Below are positions 30,289-39,441 of a stretch of 64,000 nt of DNA, one piece after another. The notes below the pieces were generated by a model, which did no database searches, was not told where the DNA came from, and saw only the letters and a list, made by a program, of their open reading frames with translations. This stretch comes from an uncultured delta proteobacterium (GTDB taxonomy: Bacteria > Myxococcota_A > Polyangia > Palsa-1104), in contig CAWAWS010000039.1 in assembly GCA_963785725.1 (NCBI GenBank), positions 320,001-384,000 on the forward strand, written 5' to 3'. The number at the start of each line of letters is the position of its first letter. Position 1 is the stretch's first letter. The position numbers were made by a program, and so were the translations under genes.

Positions 30289-31680
30289 ATGAGCGAGATG
30301 GAACAGCTGAAGCAGGATCCGCGCGTCACCGTGCGCCGCGATGGGCCGCTCGATCCCGACGGGCGCTGCGTGCTCGTCTGGGTGCAGCGCGCGCAGCGGG
30401 CGACGGACAATCCGGCGCTCGACATTGCCATCGCCGCCGGCAACGCGCTGCGACTGCCGGTCGTGGCCTTCCTCGGCATCGTGCCCTCGTTTCCCAACGG
30501 CAACTGGCGCCACTATCAGTTTCTCGTCGAGGGCGTGCCCGATTTGGCGGCGGGATTGGCGCGGCGCAACGTCGGCTTCGTGCTGCGCCGGCATCCCGAT
30601 CATTCGCTCTTACGCGTCGTCGAGGAGCTGCAGCCGGCGCTCGTCATCGGCGACGAGAATCCGCTGCGCGAGACCGAGGCCTGGCGCGTGCGGGCGGCGG
30701 AGAAGCTGCGCGTGCCCTTGTGGACGGTCGACGCCGACGTGGTCGTGCCGACGAAGCTGCTCGGTCGCGAGCAGTTCTCGGCGCGCGTCATGCGTCCGCG
30801 CTTGAAGGCGCGGCTGCCCGAGTTCCTCGTGGCGTCGACGGAGCAGTCGGCGCAGGTCGCCTGGCGGCCGCCGGCGAAGCTGCAGTCGCTGTCGGCGCAG
30901 ACGCTGAATCTCGACGGCTTTCCGCTCGATCGCGCGGTGTCGCCGGTGCGTGTGCGCGGCGGCGAGCAGGCGGCGAGAAGCGCGCTGGCCGACTTCCTCG
31001 CGGAGCGGCTGCGCGGCTACGGCGAGTCGCGCAACGCGCCCGAGCTCATCGCCACGTCGAAGCTGTCGCCCTATTTGCACTTCGGGCACCTGGGGCCGCG
31101 GCAGGTGGCGCTGGCGGTGCGCGCGGCCGACGCGCCCGCGGCCGACAAGGACGCGCTCTTGGAGCAGCTGATCGTGCGCCGCGAGCTGGCGATCAACTAT
31201 GTGAGTTATAATCCCAAATATGACCGGCTCGACGGCTGCGAGCCGTGGGCGCGGCACACGCTGCATCATCACGCGCGCGACCGTCGTCCGTCGGCGCTGA
31301 CGCGGGCGCAGCTGGAGGCGGCCGACTCGCCCGATCCGCTGTGGAACGCTGCGCAGCGCGAGATGATGGTCTCCGGCTGGATGCACGGCTATCTGCGGAT
31401 GTATTGGGCCAAGAAGCTGCTCGAATGGTGCCGCAGCGTCGACGAGGCGTTCGCCGTCGCCGTCGAGCTCAACGACAAATGGGAGCTCGACGGGCGCGAT
31501 CCCAACGGCTACGCCGGCATCGCCTGGGCGCTCGGCGGCAAGCACGATCGCGCGTGGGGCCCGGAACGGCCGATCTTCGGTAAGATTCGCTATATGTCGC
31601 TGGCCTCGACCTCGCGGAAGTTCAACGCCAAGGCTTATATCGCGCGCGTCGACAAGCTGGCGCGCGGCGGCGGACTATGA
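30289..31680 (+). CDS. phrB: Class II CPD photolyase
   Basis: QRATDNPAL, SKLSPYLHFG, MHGYLRMYWAKK, DGRDPNGY, ERPIFGKIRYM. Confidence 0.93.
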   Translation: MSEMEQLKQDPRVTVRRDGPLDPDGRCVLVWVQRAQRATDNPALDIAIAAGNALRLPVVAFLGIVPSFPNGNWRHYQFLVEGVPDLAAGLARRNVGFVLRRHPDHSLLRVVEELQPALVIGDENPLRETEAWRVRAAEKLRVPLWTVDADVVVPTKLLGREQFSARVMRPRLKARLPEFLVASTEQSAQVAWRPPAKLQSLSAQTLNLDGFPLDRAVSPVRVRGGEQAARSALADFLAERLRGYGESRNAPELIATSKLSPYLHFGHLGPRQVALAVRAADAPAADKDALLEQLIVRRELAINYVSYNPKYDRLDGCEPWARHTLHHHARDRRPSALTRAQLEAADSPDPLWNAAQREMMVSGWMHGYLRMYWAKKLLEWCRSVDEAFAVAVELNDKWELDGRDPNGYAGIAWALGGKHDRAWGPERPIFGKIRYMSLASTSRKFNAKAYIARVDKLARGGGL

Positions 31681-32160
31681 TGACCGCCGGCGCCGCGACC
31701 AGCGCGGTCGAGCGACGAGCACGCGCAGCTGTGTCGACGCGTCACGGCCGAGCTAGACGCGCTCTTCGCCGGCGACTGGCGACAGCGTGACCTCGTCGCG
31801 ATGCAGGCGCGCCTGAAGCTGGCGCTGATGGCGTGCGCGCCGTTCGGGCAAAAGCAGCTCGGGCGGCTCGTCGCTGCCGGCAAAGCGCTGCCGCCGGCCG
31901 AGCTGGCGGCGGCCTATCGCGACCGCGTCGCCGCCGTCATCGCCGTCGAGCCGACGCGCGGCCGGCACGTCAACGCGCTGGCGCACGCGTTCGGCTACTT
32001 CCGCGGCAGCGCGGACGTCGCCGAGCGGCGCCGCTTGCACGACTGCATCGAAGGCTACGGCCGCGGCGAATGGTCGCTCGCCAGCGTGCGCGCCGAAATC
32101 GCCGGCGCCGCCGAGCGCCACGCGCTCGCCTATCTCCAACGGCAGATCTACTTCGCATGA
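31677..32160 (+). CDS. YbgA/DUF1722-like protein; probable frameshift near 31713
   Basis: LGRLVA, HVNALAHAFGYF, YLQRQIY; ATGA overlap with the photolyase stop but the start lies in a different frame. Confidence 0.7.
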
Positions 32161-33581
32161 CGCGCTTCGTACAGCGCTCGCAGCTGGCGGCGCCGGCGCG
32201 CGAAGTCTTCGCCTGGCACACGCGGCCGGGCGCGTTCCAACGGCTGATGCCGCCGTGGGAAAAGGTGCAGATCCTCCGCCAAGAGGGCATCCGCGACGGC
32301 GCGCTGGCGGTCTTGAAGCTGGGTCCGCTGCAGCAGACCTGGGTGGCGCGCCATCGCGATTACGTCGAAGGCGTGCAGTTCGTCGACGAGCAGCTGGAAG
32401 GGCCGTTCAAGCGCTGGGTGCACACGCATCATTTCGAGCAGCGCAACGGCGCGGCCTGCGTGCTCGAAGATCGCATCGACTACGAGCTGCCGCTCGGCAA
32501 GCTCGGCGGCGCCGTGGCCGGCGAGTGGATGGCGCGCACGCTGGCGCGCACGTTTCAGTATCGGCATACGACGCTGGCCAACGATCTGGAGCGGCATAAC
32601 TCGGCGCCGCGCGCGTCGCGCACGATCGTGGTGTCGGGCGCGTCGGGATTGATCGGGCAGGCGCTGTGCGCGTTTTTGTCGACGGGCGGCCATCGCGTCA
32701 AGCGGCTCGTCCGGCACGCGGCGCGCGACGCCGACGAGATCTTTTGGGATCCGCCGGCCGGCCGCATCGACGAGCGCGGGCTCGACGGCGTCGACGCCGT
32801 CGTGCACTTGGCCGGCGCCGGCGTCGCCGACGCGCGCTGGACGGCGGCGCGCAAGCGCGAAATCCGCGACAGCCGCGTGCAAGGCACGACGTTGTTGGCG
32901 TCGGCATTGGCGCGGCTCGAGCGGCCGCCGACAGTCCTGGTGAGCGCCTCGGCGGTGGGTTATTACGGCGCCAAAGACGTCGACGTCGACGAGGGCGCAG
33001 CGCCCGGCGACGACTTCTTGGCCGACGTCTGCGTCGCCTGGGAAGCGGCAGCCGACGCGGCGCGGGCGGCGGGAATTCGCGTCGTCCATCCGCGCCTCGG
33101 CGTCGTGCTCACGCCGGCCGGCGGCGCGCTCGCCAAGATGCTGCCGCCGTTCAAGGTCGGCCTCGGCGCCACGCCGGGCGACGGGCGCAACTCAGTGCCG
33201 TGGGTCGCGCTCGACGACGTCTTGGGCGCGCTCCATTTCGCGCTCTTTCACCCGCTGCTCGACGGCGCCTTCGACGTCGTCGCGCCCGACTTGGTGACGA
33301 TGGGCGAGCTGACGCAGGCGCTCGGTCGCACGCTCGGCCACCCGCCGCATCTGCGCGTTCCGGCGGCGGCTATGCGCCTGGCCATGGGCGAGCTGGCGCA
33401 GACGGTGCTCGGCGGCGCGCGCCTGCATCCGCGTCGGCTCGTGGCCGCCGGCTTTCACTTCGCGCATCCGACGCTGCCGGCCGCGCTCGCGCATCTGCTC
33501 GGCGCTCAGGCCGACGGCGCGTCCGACTTTGGCGCCGACGCCGCGCCGCCCGCTCCGAACGACGACCGCCTCCCGCTGTAA
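32157..33581 (+). CDS. SRPBCC + TIGR01777-type NAD-dependent epimerase fusion
   Basis: VFAWHTRPGAFQRLMPPW, GPFKRWVHTH; VSGASGLIG, HLAG, SASAVGYYG. Confidence 0.88.
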   Translation: MTRFVQRSQLAAPAREVFAWHTRPGAFQRLMPPWEKVQILRQEGIRDGALAVLKLGPLQQTWVARHRDYVEGVQFVDEQLEGPFKRWVHTHHFEQRNGAACVLEDRIDYELPLGKLGGAVAGEWMARTLARTFQYRHTTLANDLERHNSAPRASRTIVVSGASGLIGQALCAFLSTGGHRVKRLVRHAARDADEIFWDPPAGRIDERGLDGVDAVVHLAGAGVADARWTAARKREIRDSRVQGTTLLASALARLERPPTVLVSASAVGYYGAKDVDVDEGAAPGDDFLADVCVAWEAAADAARAAGIRVVHPRLGVVLTPAGGALAKMLPPFKVGLGATPGDGRNSVPWVALDDVLGALHFALFHPLLDGAFDVVAPDLVTMGELTQALGRTLGHPPHLRVPAAAMRLAMGELAQTVLGGARLHPRRLVAAGFHFAHPTLPAALAHLLGAQADGASDFGADAAPPAPNDDRLPL

Positions 33582-33943
33582 CGACTCCGCGTCGACTGGC
33601 ACACAATCTTGCGGCGACTTGCGCATTTCGCGCACGCGCTAGGATATGCGCTAAGGCAAACGTTGAGCTTCAATAACCGACAAATTTAATCGTCGTCCGT
33701 GTTTCAATTCACCTTCGATCAAATTCATCACTGCAATCGTATCAAAGATAGCCATCGAGTCGGCTAAACACTGGGAGGGTTTGAATGATGACAGTCGCTT
33801 GAATCGTGGACGTTATGGCAGACATGGAATCTTCTTCGATGAGCGTCATTATTTTGACGCGTTCTCGTCGCTGAATGTGTAAAGCGCGACACCGTTGTCG
33901 CATTGACGGAAGCGGGTAAGGCCGCTAAAACGGGGAAACCGTG

Positions 33944-34537
33944 ATGGAGCAGGAAATCGACGCCGAGCAGCTTTTGACGTCGCATGAAGTGGGCGATCTA
34001 CTGCAAGTGAATCCCAGCTCGGTAAAGAAGTGGGTCAATGAAGGGCGCATTCCGGCCTTTCGTACGCCGGGAGGTCATCGCCGCATTCGCGTGGGCGATT
34101 TGGTGGAGTTTCTCGACCGGCAAAAGATGCCGATTCCGCGTCAGCTCGCCGGCGCGGGCAAGAAGCGCATTTTGATCGTCGACGACGACGCGGTGCATCT
34201 GCGCGCGCTCGAGCGGCGGTTGAAGACGCATCGCGGGCGACTACAAGTGGAGCTGACCGAAAACGGCATCGACGCGCTCGTGCTCGTCGGTTCGTTTCGG
34301 CCGCATCTCATCGTGCTCGACGTCTTCATGCCCGAGCTCGATGGTCTCGAAGTGTGCCGTCGCCTGCAGCGGAATCCGGACACGCGCGGCATCGAAGTCA
34401 TCGTCACCAGCGCGCATCTCACGCGTGCGGTCGAAGAGAACGCCTTGAGCGCAGGAGCGATCCGCTGCCTGCCCAAGCCGATCGAGCTCAAGGTGCTCTT
34501 GGAGCATCTCGGGTTGTCACAAAATCTGGGGGTGTGA
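33944..34537 (+). CDS. Response regulator with N-terminal excisionase/BldC-type HTH and C-terminal receiver
   Basis: LLTSHEVGDLLQVNPSSVKKW...RTPGGHRRI; ILIVDDD, LDVFMP, KP. Confidence 0.88.
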   Translation: MEQEIDAEQLLTSHEVGDLLQVNPSSVKKWVNEGRIPAFRTPGGHRRIRVGDLVEFLDRQKMPIPRQLAGAGKKRILIVDDDAVHLRALERRLKTHRGRLQVELTENGIDALVLVGSFRPHLIVLDVFMPELDGLEVCRRLQRNPDTRGIEVIVTSAHLTRAVEENALSAGAIRCLPKPIELKVLLEHLGLSQNLGV

Positions 34538-34578
34538 GCGTCCGAGGCGACTCGAGAGGCTCGAAAGAAGGGTAGTGG

Positions 34579-36295
34579 ATGGATGTAGGAGAGTCTGCTT
34601 TTTCCGTTCCGGCAGCAGCGGTCACGGAGGCAGGTACGACGCGCGCAGCAGACGTGCTCGTCGACCTCTTGGTTGCGAACGGCGTCGAGCTGATCTTCGG
34701 GCTTCCGGGCGGCCCCATCTCGCCCATGCACGACGCCTTGCTCGATCGACCCGAGATTCGCGTCATCACCACGCGGCACGAGTCGGGCGCGCTCTTCGGC
34801 GCCTGCGGCTATGCGCGCACGACCGGTCGGCTGGGCGTCGCGCTCGTGACCTCGGGGCCGGGCGCGTTCAACGCCATGAGCGGCCTCGCGTCGGCCTATT
34901 GCGACGGGCTGCCGGTGCTCATGCTCGTCGGTGAAGTGGCGCGCAAGAACTTCGGGCGCGGCGCTTTGCAAGACGGCAGCGCACACGGATTGCAGATGGT
35001 CGAGATCCTGAAACGCGTCACCAAGAGCGCGGTCGAGGTGAACGATCCTGCGCGGGCGCCGGCGCTGTTGAACGCGGCGATTCAGACGGCGTTGCAAGGC
35101 CCGCGCGGTCCGGTGGCGCTGACGTTGCCGGTCGATCTGATGATGCAGCCGCTGAAGATGCCGTTCATCAGCCGCGCGTCCACCGGCGTGTCGACGATCT
35201 CATCGACGGCGCTGGCGGAGACGCGGCGGCAGATGCGCGACGGCCGCACCGTCATCTTCGCCGGCTCGGGCGTGCGCAACGGCAACGCGCCCGGCAAGCT
35301 GGTCGAATTGGCCGAGCGGCTGCAATGCCCGGTGATGACGACGCCCAAAGGCAAAGGCGTGTTTCCCGAGGATCATCCGCTGGCGCTGGGCGTCTTCGGC
35401 ATGGCCGGCCATCCGTCGTCGAGCGAGTTCGTCGACGGCGGCATCGACACGCTCTTGGCCATCGGCACGAGCCTCGGCGAGCTGTCGACGGAGGGGTGGT
35501 CCAAGGCGCTCGAGCCGCGGCGCGCGCTCATTCACGTCGACGTCGACGAGCGGCAGCTGGGGCGCGGCTATCCGTGCACGCTCGGCATCGTGGCGACGGC
35601 GGAGTCGTTCTTGGAGCGCATGCTGCAAGAGCTGCCGCCGTCGGCGGCGCGGCGCTTCGGCGTCAAACGCCATGTCGTGTCCGAAGGGCATCATCTGATC
35701 GCGCCGCAGCGGGCGATCGCCGAAATGCAGGAGATTTTGCCGCGCGACGCGATCTTCACGATCGATTCGGGTGAGCACTTCACCTTCGCGACGCACTTTC
35801 TGAAGACGGTGACGCCGGACGGCTTCTTGGCGATGACCGGGCTCGGCTCGATGGGCCAGAGCATCGGCGCCGCCATCGGCGTGCAGATCGCCAAGCCCGA
35901 GCGCGTCGTCGCGGCCATCTGCGGCGACGGCTGCTTCGCGATGAACGCGTTCGAAGTGGCGACGGCGGTGCAGGAGCGCGTGCCCATCATCGTCTTCGTC
36001 ATGAACGACGCGCGCCTCGGCATGGTCGAGATCGGGCACGCCGCCGTCTATGGTCGCAAGCCCGACTACTCGACGTCGCCGATGAACGTGGCCGACTTGG
36101 CGCGCGCGCTCGGGGCGCAGGCAGTGACGGTCGAGCGGCCGGGCGAGCTCACGGCCGCTCAGCTGATGCGGCTGCGGCGCCAAGGTCCGGTCGTCGTCGA
36201 CGTGCGCATCGATCCGGCGGTGCGCATGCCGAAGAAAGAATCGCTTCGCGGCGCTGGCGTCCAAGCGCGCGCCCTTGATTCGCGCCGTGAACTGA
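34579..36295 (+). CDS. Thiamine pyrophosphate-dependent enzyme (acetolactate synthase-like); extra A near 36238 shifts the last codons
   Basis: FGLPGG, RHESGA, TSGPG, GPV...PVD, GSMG, GDGCFAM..N; corrected end MPKKDRFAALASKRAPLIRAVN*. Confidence 0.88.
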
Positions 36296-36533
36296 CGCCG
36301 CGCGGGCAACTTGTCGGACAGGTTCCGATTCTGAGGCAGTACCCCACGAAAAAGTGCTCCGCCTTGTGACATACTGTAACGAGGACAGTGATGACGACGG
36401 TGTGCATGGCTCACTGCTGGAGACGGTGAGTGGGCCCCCTCGGGATGAGGTGCAGGCCGCGAGGTAACGGCAGGCGGCGCTTCGGCGCCGGCCGGTTGCC
36501 TCGTGAGCGCGCGTCCGCGCCGCGAGGCGCCTC

Positions 36534-37703
36534 GTGAACGCCAAGGATCATCTGATCGTCTACGTCGACGACGAGCGCGCCAACCGCGTCGTCTTCGAGC
36601 AGTCGTTCGCGGCGCGCTTCCACATTCGCGCCTTGCCGTCGGCGGCGGCGGCGCTCGAGCTGTTGCGCAACGAGACGGCGGCGGTGCTCATCACCGATCA
36701 GCGCATGCCGGACATGTCGGGCCACGAGCTGCTCGTGCGCGTCAAGCAGCTCTATCCCGAGATGGTGCGCGTCGTCATCACGGCCTACAGCGAGCTCGAT
36801 CCGATCTTGGCGGCGGTGAACGAAGGCTTGGTGGCGCGTTATGTCATCAAGCCGTGGGATCGCGTCGAGGTCGAGCAGATCTTGTTGTGGTCGATCGAGG
36901 CCTTCACGCTCGGGCGGCAGAAGTCGGCGCTGCAGCTCAGGCTCATGCAGACCGAGCGGCTCGTGACGTTGGGCTCGATGGCGGCGGCGGTGTTGCACGA
37001 TCTGCATCAGCCGCTGACGAACCTGACGGTGAATGTCGAGCGCTTCGGCGAGCTGGCGAAGTCGGCGGAGAAGCTGAATCAGCTGATCGCGGCGGCGACG
37101 GCGACGAAGAAAGAGAAGACGCACCTGCACGAAGTCGTGAGCGAGCTGCCCGAGCTGGCCAAAGATCTGCTGCTCAGCTGCAAGGTCATGACCGACATGA
37201 CGGTGGGCTTGAAGCAGTTCCTGAAGTCGGAGCCGCACGCCGAGCCGAGCGGCGTCGACCCGGTGCCGATCATCCAATATGCGATGGGTGTCTGTCGGGA
37301 AGCCGCGGTGCGGGCGCGCGGCCGCATCGTCTACGAAGGCCCGGCGCATCTGCACAAGCTGCGCATCGGCTCGACCGAGCTGACCCAGGTGTTCATCAAC
37401 GTCGTGGCCAACGGCGCGCAGGCGCTCGTCGAGCGTAACAAGATCGGCGGCCGCGTGGTCGTCAACGCCGTCGAGGAGGCGAGCCACGTGCGCATCTCCG
37501 TCGACGATAACGGGCCCGGCATGTCGGCCGAGCTCTTGGCAAAAGTGGGAACGCCGTTCTTCTCGACGCGCAAAGAGGGCACCGGCCTCGGCGTCGCGCA
37601 GTGCCGGCGCTTGGTCGAAGGCGCGGGGGGCGCCTTTCAAATCTCGAGCATCGAAGGACAGGGGACGACGGTGACGTTCACGATTCCCAAGGTGGGCTCA
37701 TGA
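36534..37703 (+). CDS. Cytoplasmic hybrid histidine kinase (receiver-DHp-HATPase)
   Basis: YVDDE, TDQRMP, KPW; HDLHQPL; NVVANG, DNGPG, PFFST, GTGLG. Confidence 0.92.
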   Translation: MNAKDHLIVYVDDERANRVVFEQSFAARFHIRALPSAAAALELLRNETAAVLITDQRMPDMSGHELLVRVKQLYPEMVRVVITAYSELDPILAAVNEGLVARYVIKPWDRVEVEQILLWSIEAFTLGRQKSALQLRLMQTERLVTLGSMAAAVLHDLHQPLTNLTVNVERFGELAKSAEKLNQLIAAATATKKEKTHLHEVVSELPELAKDLLLSCKVMTDMTVGLKQFLKSEPHAEPSGVDPVPIIQYAMGVCREAAVRARGRIVYEGPAHLHKLRIGSTELTQVFINVVANGAQALVERNKIGGRVVVNAVEEASHVRISVDDNGPGMSAELLAKVGTPFFSTRKEGTGLGVAQCRRLVEGAGGAFQISSIEGQGTTVTFTIPKVGS

Positions 37704-38245
37704 GAGCGGCGCGCAAACGGCTGCGTTCGATCTTGCTGGTCGACGACGATTCGGTGCTGCTCTCGTCGCTGGAGCGCGACCTCGGCAGCCGCGGCATGGA
37801 GGTGTTCGCGGCCAACTCGCCGTCGCGCGCGCTGCAAGTGGCGCGACAAGAGCAGCCCGATGCCGCGCTCTTGGACCTTTGTATCGGCGACGATTCGGGC
37901 CTCGAGCTCCTGCAGGCGCTGAAGGGTGAGCTGCCCGAAGTCGTCGTGTTGCTGTTGTCGGGGCATGCCGGCGTCGGCCACGCCGTCGAAGCCTTTCACG
38001 GCGGCGCCGTCGATTTCCTGCAGAAGCCGATCAGCGGCGGCCAGCTCATGGAGGCGCTCAAGCGCGCCGAGCAGCGCGAAAAGGGCAACCAATCGCCGAC
38101 GCTGGCGCGGGCCGAGTTCGAGCACATCAACCGCGTCTTGCAGGCGTGCAACGGCAACATCAGCGAGGCCGCGCGCCGCCTCGGCATTCATCGTCGCTCG
38201 CTGCAACGCAAGCTGCAGAAGACCCCGCCCAGCAGCAGCACCTAG
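37700..38245 (+). CDS. RegA/PrrA-type response regulator (receiver + Fis-like HTH)
   Basis: LLVDDD, LDL, KP; EHINRVL..CNGNISEAARRLGIHRRSLQRKL. Confidence 0.9.
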   Translation: MRAARKRLRSILLVDDDSVLLSSLERDLGSRGMEVFAANSPSRALQVARQEQPDAALLDLCIGDDSGLELLQALKGELPEVVVLLLSGHAGVGHAVEAFHGGAVDFLQKPISGGQLMEALKRAEQREKGNQSPTLARAEFEHINRVLQACNGNISEAARRLGIHRRSLQRKLQKTPPSSST

Positions 38246-38356
38246 CACCTAATCATTACAGGTGTCGTGTGGTTGCGCGACATTCTGCGTTCGCGTTCGA
38301 GCGTGCGCTGCATCACTTTCGTCAAGACTGGATCGGGCCGCTCGTAAATCTCCAGC

Positions 38357-38641
38357 ATGACGACGTGGCGAATTCCTTTCGTGAAGCAATCGAAGTCGAA
38401 GCGGCGCGCGCCGGAGCTGCGGCCGGCGATCGTGGTCGACGAGCGCGCGCTCGACGCGGCCAAGGCGCAGCTGGCGCAGCTGCAGGCCGACGACTTCTTG
38501 GTCGAGCGGCAGCTGTCGTTCGCGCATTCGCTGCTGCGCGCGGTCGGCGAGAACCCGAAGACGCTGCCCAATCAGGTGCTGGCGCATCAGATGGCGATCG
38601 AGCACATCCGCGGCTATCGCGTGCTCACCGCGCCTCGTTAA
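38357..38641 (+). CDS. Hypothetical protein
   Basis: 94-aa ORF with typical high-GC codon pattern filling the gap. Confidence 0.5.
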   Translation: MTTWRIPFVKQSKSKRRAPELRPAIVVDERALDAAKAQLAQLQADDFLVERQLSFAHSLLRAVGENPKTLPNQVLAHQMAIEHIRGYRVLTAPR

Positions 38642-38647
38642 CGGCCG

Positions 38648-39424
38648 TCAACGGGCGAAGAGGAAGTCCAACGCGGATGGAGTGGCGCGTTCGTGCTCGA
38701 TCGTGTCGAGGAGGTGCTCGAGCGCGGTGGCGGTCGAGGTGACTTGGCGACGATAGAAGCGCAGGCTGGTGACGGCGCCGGTGCCGCTGGCGCCGGCGGC
38801 GACGAGGCAGTCGAGCGCGATGGGCGCGCCGAGCGCCGACAGACCGGCGGCAGCCGCCAAGCCGACGGCCGTGCCGACGGCGGCGCCGCTCAACACGCGG
38901 CGCTGCAGCGGCGCGACGTCGACGACGAAGCGAACGGTGGCGCGATCGTCGGCGATGGCGACGACGCTGACGTCGAGGTGGCGCAATTCGCCCAAGGTCA
39001 GCTCGCCGGTCAGATCGAGCGCGCGGCGCAGGCGCGGCAGAAAGCCGCTCGCCGGCACCCACGACGAACGCTCGCCGAAGTCGCGCACGCGCCGCAACAG
39101 ATGGGCGCGCAAGAAGCGCTCGACGCGCCGCTGCACGTCGGTGACGCGGCCGTGCACCGTGCGCTCGACGACGAGCGACTGCGGGCCGAGCACGCGCGCC
39201 AACGGCGTCGGCGGCGCGGTCGGCGTGAGCGCGCCGGCGCGAACCTCGGCCAGCGCTTGCCGTACGGCCAGCGGCGAGAGGCCGACGTCGCGCGCCAGCT
39301 CTTCGATTTCGGCGGGCGCCAGACGATCGGCGTCGTCTTCGGCCGCTTCTCGTTGGTGCTCGATCTCGGCCGCGCGGCGCAACACGAGCTGAACCTCACT
39401 CGCCGTCAGTCGCTGGTCGCTCAT
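38648..39424 (-). CDS. Hypothetical membrane protein
   Basis: MSDQRLTASEVQLVLRRAAEIE; two C-terminal hydrophobic helices. Confidence 0.65.
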   Translation of the reverse strand: MSDQRLTASEVQLVLRRAAEIEHQREAAEDDADRLAPAEIEELARDVGLSPLAVRQALAEVRAGALTPTAPPTPLARVLGPQSLVVERTVHGRVTDVQRRVERFLRAHLLRRVRDFGERSSWVPASGFLPRLRRALDLTGELTLGELRHLDVSVVAIADDRATVRFVVDVAPLQRRVLSGAAVGTAVGLAAAAGLSALGAPIALDCLVAAGASGTGAVTSLRFYRRQVTSTATALEHLLDTIEHERATPSALDFLFAR

Positions 39425-39441
39425 GGTTTGAATGTAAGGCG

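Noticed and set aside
33597..33612. TGGCACACAATCTTGC as a sigma54 promoter
   Set aside because: Spacing is GG-N11-GC, one base too long; only valid if it carries one of the insertion errors
33760..33800. CACTGGGAGGG as part of a cobalamin riboswitch near the B12 regulator
   Set aside because: The other conserved riboswitch elements are not recognisable
29334..34537. Prophage or integrative element implied by excisionase-type HTH domains
   Set aside because: No integrase, att sites or phage genes; the HTHs are fused to sensory domains
36296..36533. Possible sRNA or riboswitch between the TPP enzyme and the kinase
   Set aside because: No recognisable TPP-riboswitch motif or terminator; probably just a promoter region
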